Origin: Firmicutes bacterium CAG:460
Lineage (GTDB): Bacteria; Bacillota_I; Bacilli_A; RF39; UBA660
Assembly (NCBI GenBank): GCA_000437355.1
Contig: FR899762.1
Location: forward strand, 45,395 to 109,394
Direction of reading: 5' to 3'
DNA: 64,000 nt
Part shown: positions 34,586 to 44,666 of the stretch, in pieces
Position numbering within the stretch: position 1 is the first letter of the stretch
How the letters are laid out: each line of letters opens with the position of its first letter
The notes under the pieces: model-generated
What the model was told of the DNA's origin: nothing
Database searches by the model: none
The model's input: the letters and a program-made list of their open reading frames with translations, nothing else
Made by a program: the position numbers and the translations under genes

Positions 34586-36577
34586 TTAATCTAAAAAGTC
34601 TATTTCTTTTATAATATTATTGTAATATTCATATTCTTGATATTTTTTACTTACTAGGAAATTTTCTGCATCAATGTTAGCTTGAGATAATATGCTAAAG
34701 TCTCTTTTTAAATCAGCAATTTTAAATGACATATCTCCACTTTGTTTTACACCGAAAAGGTCTCCTTGACCACGTTGCTTAAAGTCTTGTTCTGCAATAT
34801 AAAAGCCATCTGATGATTTTTCCATTACTTTTAATCTTTCATTATTACTATTATTTGTTACTAAATAACAATAACTTTGAATATTGCTTCTACCTACACG
34901 ACCTCGAAGTTGGTGAAGTGTTGCAAGACCAAATCTTTCAGCATTATAAATTACCATCATTGAAGCATTAGGAATATCTATTCCTACTTCAATAACTGTT
35001 GTTGATATTAATATGTTTATCTTATTTTCTTGAAACGCTTTCATAAGTTCATCTTTTTCTTTTTGTTTTAATTTACCATGAAGAATTTCAATTCTAACTT
35101 TGTTACTAAATGCTTTGTTTAGTTTTTCTTTTAGTTCAATAACACTATTTATGTTTAGTTCATCATTTTGTTCAATTAAAGGAGATACAACAAATATTTG
35201 ATGGTTTAACTTCAATTCTTCATACATTTTAAATAAAACTTCTTTAATGTTTTGTTCACTGGCTATTTTAGTAATTATCTCTTTTCTGATATTTGGTTTT
35301 GTCTTTATTTGAGATAAATCTAAGTCACCGTAGATAGTTAAAGCATATGTTCTAGGAATTGGAGTTGCTGATAAATAAAGGACATCAGCCCCACCATTTA
35401 AGCCTTTGTTTTGAAGTAAATTTCTTTGATTAACTCCGAAACGATGTTGTTCATCAGTGATAACTAAACCTAAATTTTGAAAATTTAAATTATCATTTAA
35501 TAATGCATGGGTACCAATTACAATATCGATTTTTCCATTACTAATTTGGTTATATATATTTTCTTTTTGTTTTTTAGTTAAATTTCCTGTTAATAAAGCT
35601 ATATTGATATCATATTCTTTAAAATATTCTTTGATAGATGTGAAATGCTGTTTAGCAAGAATTTCTGTTGGAGCCATAAATGTTGATTGATAACCAGAAA
35701 AGTAATTTGCTAAAATAGCAACAAATGCTACAATTGTTTTTCCTGAACCCACATCCCCAAGAACTAATCTATTCATTCTTTTATTTTCTTTCATATCTTT
35801 TAGGATATCTTCAATAGTTGTTAATTGGTCTTTTGTTAATTCAAAATTTAAGCTTGATAAAAAATCTTGTATTTGGGTTTCATCAAATTTCTTTGGTAAA
35901 CCATTAGTTACTTTATTAATACTTTTTAAATAGTTTATTTTAAACGTATAAATAAATAATTCTTCATATATGAGTTTTAACATACTATTTTTTATATCAC
36001 TAGGACTCTCTGGTTGATGAATTTTTCTAATCGCTTCATCTTTATTTAAGAAATGATATTTTTCTGATAAATAAGATGGTATATAATCATTTAAAGATAT
36101 ATTTTCTTTTAAAGCATTAGATATCATTGTTTCTAAACTAGAGTTTTTTAAACCTTCTGTTAAATGATATATTGGTTCAATACGTTCTTCATGCATATTA
36201 TATTTAATATCATTAGCAACAAAAATGTTTTTTAGTTTGGAAAATTTACCAATTAAAACTATTTCTTTATCTAAAGTTAGACTTTGTTTTAAATAAGCAC
36301 GATTAAAAATAGTGACTTTGAAATCTTGGTTGCTGTTTGATGCAATAAAATCTAGGCGATTAAAATTCTTCTTTATATATGCAACTTTAGGAACACTTAA
36401 AACTTTGGCTTTGATATAACAAATCATATTTTCATTTGCTTCATCTATGTTTATAAATTTAATAACATTGTAACGATATGGATAATATGTTAGTAAATCT
36501 TCAACTGTATTTATGTTAATTTTATTTAAAATATTTATGGTTTTGGGACCAATTTTAGGTAGTTGTTCTAACTTCAT
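34586..36577 (-). CDS. recG: ATP-dependent DNA helicase RecG
   Basis: Wedge domain plus SF2 motifs GDVGSGKT, VITDEQHRFG, SATPIPRT, HQLRGRVGR. AAGGAGG RBS precedes the ATG at 36577 (MKLEQLPKIGPKT). Confidence 0.93.
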   Translation of the reverse strand: MKLEQLPKIGPKTINILNKININTVEDLLTYYPYRYNVIKFINIDEANENMICYIKAKVLSVPKVAYIKKNFNRLDFIASNSNQDFKVTIFNRAYLKQSLTLDKEIVLIGKFSKLKNIFVANDIKYNMHEERIEPIYHLTEGLKNSSLETMISNALKENISLNDYIPSYLSEKYHFLNKDEAIRKIHQPESPSDIKNSMLKLIYEELFIYTFKINYLKSINKVTNGLPKKFDETQIQDFLSSLNFELTKDQLTTIEDILKDMKENKRMNRLVLGDVGSGKTIVAFVAILANYFSGYQSTFMAPTEILAKQHFTSIKEYFKEYDINIALLTGNLTKKQKENIYNQISNGKIDIVIGTHALLNDNLNFQNLGLVITDEQHRFGVNQRNLLQNKGLNGGADVLYLSATPIPRTYALTIYGDLDLSQIKTKPNIRKEIITKIASEQNIKEVLFKMYEELKLNHQIFVVSPLIEQNDELNINSVIELKEKLNKAFSNKVRIEILHGKLKQKEKDELMKAFQENKINILISTTVIEVGIDIPNASMMVIYNAERFGLATLHQLRGRVGRSNIQSYCYLVTNNSNNERLKVMEKSSDGFYIAEQDFKQRGQGDLFGVKQSGDMSFKIADLKRDFSILSQANIDAENFLVSKKYQEYEYYNNIIKEIDFLD

Positions 36578-36620
36578 AAATACCTCCTTAATAATTATAT
36601 CAAAAATTTGCAAAAATAGC

Positions 36621-36649
36621 TTGACAAATTGCACTTTTTCGATTAAGAT
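36621..36649 (+). promoter_or_regulatory. Consensus promoter of candidate sRNA-2
   Basis: TTGACA-17 nt-TAAGAT, the same hexamers and spacing as at 34098. Confidence 0.55.
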
Positions 36650-36654
36650 AGTAA

Positions 36655-36755
36655 TCACCAATTCACTTAAAGAAGGCGAATTGGTGCTAGTATCACACTA
36701 GTCAACCCCTTTTTATTCTTTTAGGAGATTTCTTCGGAAATCTCCACTTTTTTTT
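36655..36755 (+). ncRNA. Candidate sRNA-2, paralogous in architecture to sRNA-1
   Basis: Hairpin CACCAATTC/GAATTGGTG. Hairpin CTAGT/ACTAG. Linker UCAACCCCUUUUUAUUCUUUUA. Terminator GGAGATTTC-TTCG-GAAATCTCC at 36724-36745 plus T8. Confidence 0.45.
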
Positions 36756-36775
36756 GTATTTAAAAATAAGTGATT

Positions 36776-39700
36776 TTATTCACTTATTTTCTTGTAATAT
36801 TCATACCTGTTTTTAGCATTTTCTTTTTGACTTTCAAGTAATTTAGATGCTAACTCTTTATCTTTTATTTTTAAGGCATTAAATCTTACTTCATTATCTA
36901 AGAATGTTTCATATTTGCTAAAGTCTGGTTCTTTTGAGTCAATATGATATTTTCCATCATATCTCATTAGAATTGTGTATCCACATTCTACTGCTAGTTT
37001 TTGTTCTTCACTTGATGTGGTCATACCAGTTTTAATTCCATGTTCAATGCATGGTGAATAAGCAATTATGATTGCTGGTCCTTCATGAGCTTCAGCTTCG
37101 TTGAAAGCTTTGATTGCTTGCATCATGTTAGCTCCGAGTGAAATGGATGCTACATAACAATTTGGTATGCACGATGCTATCTTAAATAAATCTTTTTTCA
37201 CAGTTCTTTTACCAAAGTTAGCAAATTCAGCAACTGCCCCGAGTTTGGTTGATTTACTTGATTGACCTCCAGTATTTGAATAAACTTCTGTATCTAATAC
37301 TAATATTTTAATATTTTCATTAGAATGAAGTACATGGTCAAGGCCTCCGTATCCAATATCATATGCCCAGCCATCTCCACCGATTGCCCAGATAGTTCTA
37401 GCAGGAATATAATCAATTAAATCATTTAATTCTTTTGGTATTAATTTATCTTGTAATTTTTCTTTAACATCTTTAGTTATTTCAAAGTCATTTTCATTTT
37501 CTAACCATCTTGTGAATAATTCTTTTATATCTTCATCAACAGAATTTATAGTTTCTTTTATTATATGCTTTATTCTATCTCTTTTTTGTTTGTAAGAAAT
37601 ATGAATACCTAAAGCAAATTCAGCATTATCTTCGAATAGTGAGTTTGCCCAAGGGATGCTATAAGGTGTTGATGGAGTTGAGCCTCCATAAATACTTGAA
37701 CAACCTGTAGCATTAGCAATTACTAATTTTTCTCCAAGAATTTGTGTTAACATTTTAATATATGGAGTTTCTCCACATCCTGCACAAGCACCAGAATATG
37801 CAAATAATGGTTTTTCTAGAGCTACACCTTTTATAGTTGTTTTAGGTAGAGGATTAACACTTTTTATAGCATCAAAGTCAATACCAACTTTTTCAGTTTT
37901 TTCCACCATCTCTAAAGCTTTCTTGCCCATTTTTCCAGGACATACACTTGCACACACGCCACAACCTGTACAATCTTTCTCACTTATTTTTATAGAATAT
38001 TTTAATCCATCTTTTCCAATAAATGGAATTCCATCAGCATCATTTTCATTAGCAATAGCTCTAATTACAGCATGTGGACAAGCTAAGACACACATTCCAC
38101 ATTCGATACAGTTTTCTTTAATCCATCTTGGAACAATGTTTGAAATATTTCGCTTTTCATTGTTAGTTGTTGCCCCAGGAAAACGACCGCAGGCAAAATC
38201 CATTAACTTACTAACAGGAATTTCATTACCCCTTCGTTCATTAATCATATTTATTATGCTATCATCCACAATACTTATTGTTTCATCATATTCATGTGTA
38301 ACTTTAAGTTCTTTTAAATTTGATATAGCTTCATGTATTGCTAAAATATTGTTATTAACTATGTCTTTTCCTTTTGTAGCAAATGATTTTTTTATTGTTT
38401 CTTCAAGCATTGAAGTGGCATCTTCAACATTTAGTAAGTTTAAAATTAATACTTCCATTATTTTACTAATCTTACCTTTTAGATTATTTTTACTAGCTAT
38501 ATTTTCAGCATCAATATAATATACTTTAATATTTTTCTTAAAAATTGTGTTTTTAACTTTTGTTGGTAACAATTTTAATAATTCTTCTTCATTTTTGATA
38601 GTGTTGATAAGTAATGTGCCATTTTCTTTTAAATTACTTATAATATCAAACATTCTAAAGTAAATATCTTTGGTAACTACAGTTATCTCTGGATGTGTTA
38701 CATAGTATGGTTCATTTATTTTATCACTTCCATATCTTAAATGAGATATTGTTACTCCCCCGCTTTTTTTTGAGTCATATTCAAAGTATCCTTGAACATA
38801 TAAATCTTTTTTAGCATGTAGAATTTTTAGTAAATCCTTACTAGCACTGACCATGCCATCACTACCAAAACCAACTACTTTTATTTCTTTGTTGTTATTT
38901 TCTATTTCTATATGTTCTTCTTTTAAACTTAAATTAGTTACATCATCATTTATACCTATTGTAAAGTTATCTTTAGGATTTTCTTCTAGCATTTTGTAAA
39001 CACTATATATTTCATTCGGAGTGGTATTTTTACTAGATAAACCATATCTTCCTCCATATATGTTGACATCTTTGTCTTTTAAAATACTACATACATCTAA
39101 ATATAATGGTTCACCACTGGAACCAGCTTCTTTTGTTCTGTCTAAAACTGCAATATTCTTAACAGATTTAGGTAAAACATTCAAGAAATATTCTTTACTA
39201 AATGGACGATATAAATGAACTTCAATTAAACCAACATTACCTAACTTTCTTACAACTTCTTTAATAATATCTGTTACGCTTCCCATTGCAACAATTATGT
39301 TTTTAGCATCTTTAGCTCCATAATAATTAAATGGTTTATAATCAGTTTTCATTATCTCATTAATCTTTTCCATGTAATCATTTACAATATCGGGCATGGC
39401 ATCATAGTATTTATTTCTAGCTTCCATACATTGAAAATAAATATCTTCATTTTGAGCCATTCCATATTGGTATTTTTTACCAACATTTAAACATCTGTCT
39501 TTAAATTTATTAATTGCATCATGGTCAACTAATGATAAAAGTTTATCTTCAGGTAACTCTTCAATTGTATTTAGTTCATGGCTAGTTCTAAAACCATCAA
39601 AAAAATGCACAAATGGAAGACTTCCCTTTATGGCTGATAGATGCGCCACTGCTGCTAGATTTTGAGCATCAAAAACATTAGATGATGCAAGCATACAAAA

Positions 39701-40102
39701 CCCTGTAGCACGGGTTGCATAAATATCTTGATGGTCTCCAAATATTGATAAAGCATGAGTTGCAAGGCTTCTAGCTGCAACGTGGATTACTGCTGGTAAC
39801 ATTTCTCCCGCTATTTTATACATGTTAGGCATCATTAATAAAAGCCCTTGACTTGCTGTAAATGTTGATGCTAAAGACCCTGATAAAAGAGCACCATGTA
39901 AAGCTCCAGCTGCTCCAGCTTCTGACTCCATTTCTAATACTCTTGGTTTATCATTAAATATATTAAGCAAGTTACTGCTTGTTAATAAATCAATATTTGA
40001 TGCCATCGGACTTGATGGTGTTATTGGATATATACTGCATACTTCACTAAAGTAATATGCAACTTTACTACAAGCATTATTGCCATCTACAATTTTTTTC
40101 AT
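36776..40102 (-). CDS. nifJ: Pyruvate:ferredoxin (flavodoxin) oxidoreductase
   Basis: 1108 aa. Two 4Fe-4S ferredoxin motifs (CIECGMCVLACP, CTGCGVCASVCP), TPP-binding GGDGWAYDIG, typical PFOR N-terminus. Confidence 0.93.
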   Translation of the reverse strand: MKKIVDGNNACSKVAYYFSEVCSIYPITPSSPMASNIDLLTSSNLLNIFNDKPRVLEMESEAGAAGALHGALLSGSLASTFTASQGLLLMMPNMYKIAGEMLPAVIHVAARSLATHALSIFGDHQDIYATRATGFCMLASSNVFDAQNLAAVAHLSAIKGSLPFVHFFDGFRTSHELNTIEELPEDKLLSLVDHDAINKFKDRCLNVGKKYQYGMAQNEDIYFQCMEARNKYYDAMPDIVNDYMEKINEIMKTDYKPFNYYGAKDAKNIIVAMGSVTDIIKEVVRKLGNVGLIEVHLYRPFSKEYFLNVLPKSVKNIAVLDRTKEAGSSGEPLYLDVCSILKDKDVNIYGGRYGLSSKNTTPNEIYSVYKMLEENPKDNFTIGINDDVTNLSLKEEHIEIENNNKEIKVVGFGSDGMVSASKDLLKILHAKKDLYVQGYFEYDSKKSGGVTISHLRYGSDKINEPYYVTHPEITVVTKDIYFRMFDIISNLKENGTLLINTIKNEEELLKLLPTKVKNTIFKKNIKVYYIDAENIASKNNLKGKISKIMEVLILNLLNVEDATSMLEETIKKSFATKGKDIVNNNILAIHEAISNLKELKVTHEYDETISIVDDSIINMINERRGNEIPVSKLMDFACGRFPGATTNNEKRNISNIVPRWIKENCIECGMCVLACPHAVIRAIANENDADGIPFIGKDGLKYSIKISEKDCTGCGVCASVCPGKMGKKALEMVEKTEKVGIDFDAIKSVNPLPKTTIKGVALEKPLFAYSGACAGCGETPYIKMLTQILGEKLVIANATGCSSIYGGSTPSTPYSIPWANSLFEDNAEFALGIHISYKQKRDRIKHIIKETINSVDEDIKELFTRWLENENDFEITKDVKEKLQDKLIPKELNDLIDYIPARTIWAIGGDGWAYDIGYGGLDHVLHSNENIKILVLDTEVYSNTGGQSSKSTKLGAVAEFANFGKRTVKKDLFKIASCIPNCYVASISLGANMMQAIKAFNEAEAHEGPAIIIAYSPCIEHGIKTGMTTSSEEQKLAVECGYTILMRYDGKYHIDSKEPDFSKYETFLDNEVRFNALKIKDKELASKLLESQKENAKNRYEYYKKISE

Positions 40103-40143
40103 ATTATCACCAATTATATTATAAAATAAAAAAGACTAAATAA

Positions 40144-41376
40144 CTAGTCTCTTTTTAATTTTTCTTCAATTCTCATTAAACGATTGTATTTAGCAATACG
40201 TTCTCCACGACACATTGAACCAGTTTTGATAAATGGAATTGCAAGTCCTACCGCTAAATCAGCTATAAATGTATCTTCTGTTTCACCGCTTCTGTGAGAT
40301 ATAATTGTTTTATAATTATTCTTCTTAGCAAGCATTATTGTTTTAATCATTTCACTAACTGTGCCAATTTGATTTGCTTTAAGTAAAATGGCATTTCCAG
40401 CATGCAAATCTATTCCTTTTTCTAAATATTTTTCATTTGTTACAAAATAGTCATCCCCGACAATCATAATACGATTTCCTACTAAAGATGTAAATTTTGC
40501 AAGTGTTTCAAAATCATCTTCAAAAAATGGGTCTTCAATACTTAATATTGGATAAGTATTTATTAATTTTACATAATAATTCATAAGTTCTTCACTAGTA
40601 AAATTTTTTCCATCTAACTTATAAGTATTTGTTTCTTTATTATAAAGTTCACTAGCTGCCACATCTAAAGCAATAAAAATGTCTTCTCCAGGAGTATATC
40701 CAGCTTTCTTTATTGCTTCAACTATGAAATCTAAAGCCATAGAATTACTGTTTAAATTCGGCGCAAATCCACCTTCATCCCCAACACCAACTGCAAAATT
40801 ATTAACACTTAACAATTTTTTTAAAGCATGAAAGACTTCAGATGCTGCTCTAACTCTTTCTTTAATGCTTTTCATTACTGGCATTATCATAAATTCTTGA
40901 ATATCTATATTATTTACAGCATGTGCTCCACCATTTATAATATTAATCATTGGAATTGGCATTGTAACACTTCTATTTGAAACATATTCATATAATTCTT
41001 TGTTATTTGATTTTGCTAAACATTTTAAGCACGCAAGTGAAACTCCAAGAATTGCATTTGCTCCAAGTTTACTTTTGTTTTCTGTACCATCTAAAGAAAT
41101 AAGTAAATTATCAATGCTTAATTGGTCAGCTTTTTTTCCTACTAAGGCTGGCTTTATTATATTATTAACATTATCAACAGCTTTTAAAACACCTTTTCCT
41201 TCATATCTTTTTGGGTCTTTATCTCGTAGTTCTAAAGCTTCTCTAGAACCAGTTGATGCTCCACTTGGTACTGATGCGGTTGCAGTTATTCCATTATCTA
41301 ATGTCATGTCAACTTCAATAGTTGGATTTCCTCTGCTATCTAGTATTTCTCTAGCATGAATGTCTTTTATTAACAT
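40144..41376 (-). CDS. eno: Enolase
   Basis: IKDIHAREILDSRGNPTIEVD, SHRSGETED, full-length match to the enolase pattern. Start at 41376 (MLIKDIH) after GAAGGGGA. Confidence 0.96.
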   Translation of the reverse strand: MLIKDIHAREILDSRGNPTIEVDMTLDNGITATASVPSGASTGSREALELRDKDPKRYEGKGVLKAVDNVNNIIKPALVGKKADQLSIDNLLISLDGTENKSKLGANAILGVSLACLKCLAKSNNKELYEYVSNRSVTMPIPMINIINGGAHAVNNIDIQEFMIMPVMKSIKERVRAASEVFHALKKLLSVNNFAVGVGDEGGFAPNLNSNSMALDFIVEAIKKAGYTPGEDIFIALDVAASELYNKETNTYKLDGKNFTSEELMNYYVKLINTYPILSIEDPFFEDDFETLAKFTSLVGNRIMIVGDDYFVTNEKYLEKGIDLHAGNAILLKANQIGTVSEMIKTIMLAKKNNYKTIISHRSGETEDTFIADLAVGLAIPFIKTGSMCRGERIAKYNRLMRIEEKLKRD

Positions 41377-41467
41377 TTTATCCCCTTCTTCCATAATATT
41401 AGTATACCAAAATTTTACCAAATTAAAAAGTAAAACATATTAGTTTTACTTTAAAGTTTACTTTTCT

Positions 41468-42046
41468 TTACCAAAATATTTCCATTATTTCTTTACTTCT
41501 ATTTTTGAATAAAATAGTATCCATAAAATCAAGAATTCCTGTAATAATTAAGAATGCCCCAGCTAGTTTAGTTAATGTAAGACTTGCAAATGGATTAAAT
41601 ATTACAAGAATACCTACGATAGCTACTAAAATACCAGTTGCTAAAGTTATTAACCAAGAATCTTCATTTCCTCTTTTTAACCATAATGCATAATTTACTT
41701 TACTTGCACCATTAATTATCATATAAAGTCCAAGACATACTGTTACAAATTCTACTACTGTAAATGGATAAATAATAATTACTACCCCTAGTACAGCATA
41801 TAGAACACCGAACACTAAGCTTAAATTATAAAGTTTTGCTCCTTCACGATGAAAATATTTGTAAATTGAATTAATTCCTTCAAGTAAGAAAATAATTCCT
41901 GCGATTATTCCTACCACTTTGTTAGTAAGTTCTGGTACTAATAAAAGTACAACACCAGCTACTACTGTAAGAATAGATGTTAGAATAGAATATGTAATCA
42001 TTCTTTTGTACATATTTTCAATACTATTTTTAAAACTACTTGCCAT
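41468..42046 (-). CDS. HdeD/DUF308-family membrane protein
   Basis: Six evenly spaced TM helices with repeated G-rich GxxxIxxG patterns typical of DUF308. Confidence 0.55.
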   Translation of the reverse strand: MASSFKNSIENMYKRMITYSILTSILTVVAGVVLLLVPELTNKVVGIIAGIIFLLEGINSIYKYFHREGAKLYNLSLVFGVLYAVLGVVIIIYPFTVVEFVTVCLGLYMIINGASKVNYALWLKRGNEDSWLITLATGILVAIVGILVIFNPFASLTLTKLAGAFLIITGILDFMDTILFKNRSKEIMEIFW

Positions 42047-42162
42047 TTTTTATCACCCAAGTATATTATACACAATATTATCATTTAAAGCAACATTTTT
42101 ATAGATTTTACCAGCATTTTGTGGTATAATGTTGTCTTACTTTATATAAAGGAGGAATTTTT

Positions 42163-43383
42163 ATGTTTATAAGAGAAATGTCACTTGCTGAGTTTAAGGA
42201 ATTTGCAAATACACATTTTATTGGTAACTTTCATGAGTCAATTAACTATGCTTTAATCAAAGCTGAAGAAGGTTTTGAATATGAATTTATTGCTTATGGA
42301 GCTGATGATATTGTTGGAGCTGCCTTAATTCTTTATAAAAAAATAGGTAACGTTTATTTTGGATATTCTCCACGTGGTTTTTTAATTGATTATTCTAATG
42401 ACTATTTATTAGAAGATTTTACTAATAAAATAAAAGAATATTACAAAAATAGAAACTTTGCTTTTATAAAAATTAATCCTGAAATAGCTATTGCTAAGTT
42501 AAATAAAGATACTATGAATTTCGAATATAATGAAAATTATAAAATTATAGATATGCTTACTAAAAATGGTTATAAAAAGCTAAAAAATAATATGAATTTT
42601 GAAGCCTTACTTCCTCGAGTTAATGCTATTATAAAGTTAGATGGTTATGATTATAATAATTTATCTAAAAATACTAGAAATAAGGTTAAAAAAGGAATTA
42701 GAAAAGGTTTAATACTAGAGAAAGCTAATCCAGATAAGTTAAATATTTTCTATAAATTTATAAAAAATAAAATTAATAGAGATGAATATTATTATAATGA
42801 TTTTTATAATGTTTTTAGTAAAACTTTAGATGTTGATTTAATGTTAGTAAAAGTTGATTATAAAGCTTTTTTAATAAATGCTCAGGAAGCTTATAACGCG
42901 GAACTTAGAAGAAATGCTTTTCTTAATAATAAATTATTAACAAATAGTAATGCCAATGCTATAAATGCTAAAATGAATTCTGATAAAGCATTACTATCTT
43001 ATAAAAATGATATTGCAGAAGCTTCTAAAAACTTAAATACAGGATTGGAAACTTATGTTGCTGGGGCTTTAGTTATTAAACACCAAAATAGAGTTATAAT
43101 TCAAATAAGTGGATTTAACAAAGCAATGTCTAGATTTAGTCCAAATTACTTCTTATATTATGCTTTGATTAAATATTATCAACAAGAATATAAATATTTG
43201 GATTTAAATGGAATTACTGCAGATTTATCAAAAGAAAATCATTATTATGGTTTAAATAGATTTAAAATGGGATTTAATCCAGATGTTTATGAATATATTG
43301 GAGAATTTGATTTAGTAATTGATGAAAAACAATATGATAAATTATTAAAAAGTGGAGCTTTAGCTAAAGAATTTAATAAATAG
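42163..43383 (+). CDS. FemAB-family peptidoglycan interpeptide-bridge aminoacyltransferase
   Basis: 406 aa. FemABX layout: two GNAT-like halves around a coiled-coil insert, with C-terminal YLDLNGI...GLNRFKMGF. Confidence 0.75.
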   Translation: MFIREMSLAEFKEFANTHFIGNFHESINYALIKAEEGFEYEFIAYGADDIVGAALILYKKIGNVYFGYSPRGFLIDYSNDYLLEDFTNKIKEYYKNRNFAFIKINPEIAIAKLNKDTMNFEYNENYKIIDMLTKNGYKKLKNNMNFEALLPRVNAIIKLDGYDYNNLSKNTRNKVKKGIRKGLILEKANPDKLNIFYKFIKNKINRDEYYYNDFYNVFSKTLDVDLMLVKVDYKAFLINAQEAYNAELRRNAFLNNKLLTNSNANAINAKMNSDKALLSYKNDIAEASKNLNTGLETYVAGALVIKHQNRVIIQISGFNKAMSRFSPNYFLYYALIKYYQQEYKYLDLNGITADLSKENHYYGLNRFKMGFNPDVYEYIGEFDLVIDEKQYDKLLKSGALAKEFNK

Positions 43384-43413
43384 AAACTATGCAATTTTAA
43401 TTTGGTATAGTTT

Positions 43414-44274
43414 CTAATTAGTTTTTTCACATCCATCTTTTTCATATATACGCCCACTTATTATTGTGTCTGATAACCTAACGCCTTTTACTGAACAATA
43501 CTTACCTTGAGAAACAAAACATGATACAGAACCTGTAGAAGCATACTCGAAGCACCTATTACTAGTTGTATTGTATGAACTATTAATAAATTCTTCCCAA
43601 GTCATTCCTTCTTCGGCATTGTAAGTTATATCTCCAAAAGTAAATGTAATTAAAGTAATATCTAATGTTGAGGCATTTACATTTTTATAATCAGAATTAA
43701 TTTTTCTTACATCTTGAACATAAGCTTTTATTGCGTATGTAGTTCCCTTAGTTGAACCAGAAATGGAAATAATATTACTTGTGCTTTCATTCCATGTTGC
43801 ACCATTGTCTATTGAATAGTAATATTTACTTATATCAAAAGTCCCTTTGGTTGCATTAATTGTTATAGTTATACTTGATAAAGTTATATCACTTGTTATT
43901 ATATCATTAATAACTGCTTTTTGGACAGCATCAAAATACACATAGCATTTATCTGAAATATTTCCAGTCATAATAACTATATTTTTTGTATCATCCCACA
44001 TAAGTTCCCCACCATTTTCACATTTTGATAACGTATCATTAAAAATATACCCATCAGATGGTAATGGCCATTTAGTAGATGAGCCTTTTTCGTATTTTCC
44101 GCTTCCATATGAAGTTTCTAACATAAAAGACAATGTGCCCACATTTTTCTTTATAGTTTCTTTTGTTTCCTCAAAAACATTTTTTGAAGATGTATTTTTA
44201 TTTGTTGTAAAGACAATTATGATAATAAATTGCATTAAAATTATAATAATACATAATATTTTTGATACTTTCAT
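43414..44274 (-). CDS. Membrane-anchored extracellular hypothetical protein
   Basis: N-terminal TM (MKVSKILCIIIILMQFIIIIVF) followed by a Ser/Thr-rich beta-type sequence. Start uncertain (the track ORF runs to 44313). Confidence 0.45.
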   Translation of the reverse strand: MKVSKILCIIIILMQFIIIIVFTTNKNTSSKNVFEETKETIKKNVGTLSFMLETSYGSGKYEKGSSTKWPLPSDGYIFNDTLSKCENGGELMWDDTKNIVIMTGNISDKCYVYFDAVQKAVINDIITSDITLSSITITINATKGTFDISKYYYSIDNGATWNESTSNIISISGSTKGTTYAIKAYVQDVRKINSDYKNVNASTLDITLITFTFGDITYNAEEGMTWEEFINSSYNTTSNRCFEYASTGSVSCFVSQGKYCSVKGVRLSDTIISGRIYEKDGCEKTN

Positions 44275-44391
44275 ATTTACGCCCCATATATTCGTTTGCA
44301 TATATTTATACATTTATTATATATTCATTTGCATATATTGTCAATATATTCATTGGGAAATATGAGAAAATTTATATGTGGTGAATTAGTT

Positions 44392-44616
44392 ATGGAATTT
44401 TATAGATTTAAAGATATCAGAGAAGATAGAGATTTACTTCAAGCTGATATAGCTAAAGTTTTAAATACTACTCAATGCCAATATAGTCTTTATGAAAACG
44501 GGTTAAGGTCAATGCCAATAGAAAAATTAATTATTCTTGCTAAATTTTATAATGTTTCTGTAGATTATTTACTTGGATTAACAAATGAAAGAAAACCTTA
44601 TCCTAAGGCAAAATAA
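44392..44616 (+). CDS. XRE-family HTH transcriptional regulator (small)
   Basis: LLQADIAKVLNTTQCQYSLYENGLRSMPIEKLIILAKFYNVSVDYLLGLTN. Start uncertain (ATG at 44362 or 44392). Confidence 0.7.
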   Translation: MEFYRFKDIREDRDLLQADIAKVLNTTQCQYSLYENGLRSMPIEKLIILAKFYNVSVDYLLGLTNERKPYPKAK

Positions 44617-44617
44617 A

Positions 44618-44652
44618 AATCTTAAGACACGAAGTCCTAAGATTTTTTAATT
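44618..44652. terminator. Bidirectional hairpin terminator between the XRE gene and tuf
   Basis: ATCTTAAGAC-ACGA-AGTCCTAAGAT stem (one mismatch) flanked by A-run and T-run. Confidence 0.55.
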
Positions 44653-44666
44653 GTTATATTCTTAAA

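Noticed and set aside
36724-36755. Treating the hairpin at 36724-36745 purely as the PFOR terminator
   Set aside because: On the minus strand the stem is followed by TAAAAGAAT rather than a T-run, while on the plus strand it is followed by T8 and preceded by a consensus promoter 100 nt upstream. It probably serves mainly the plus-strand sRNA, although weak bidirectional function cannot be excluded.
37923-38519. Long plus-strand ORFs inside minus-strand genes (for example 37923-38519 in PFOR, 52777-53298 in rplA, 26124-26606 in the 1287-aa gene, 41000-41359 in eno, 31671-32006)
   Set aside because: They lie antisense to genes with unambiguous conserved protein motifs. They show low-complexity S/L/F-rich translations and have no RBS, so they are shadow ORFs typical of AT-rich DNA.
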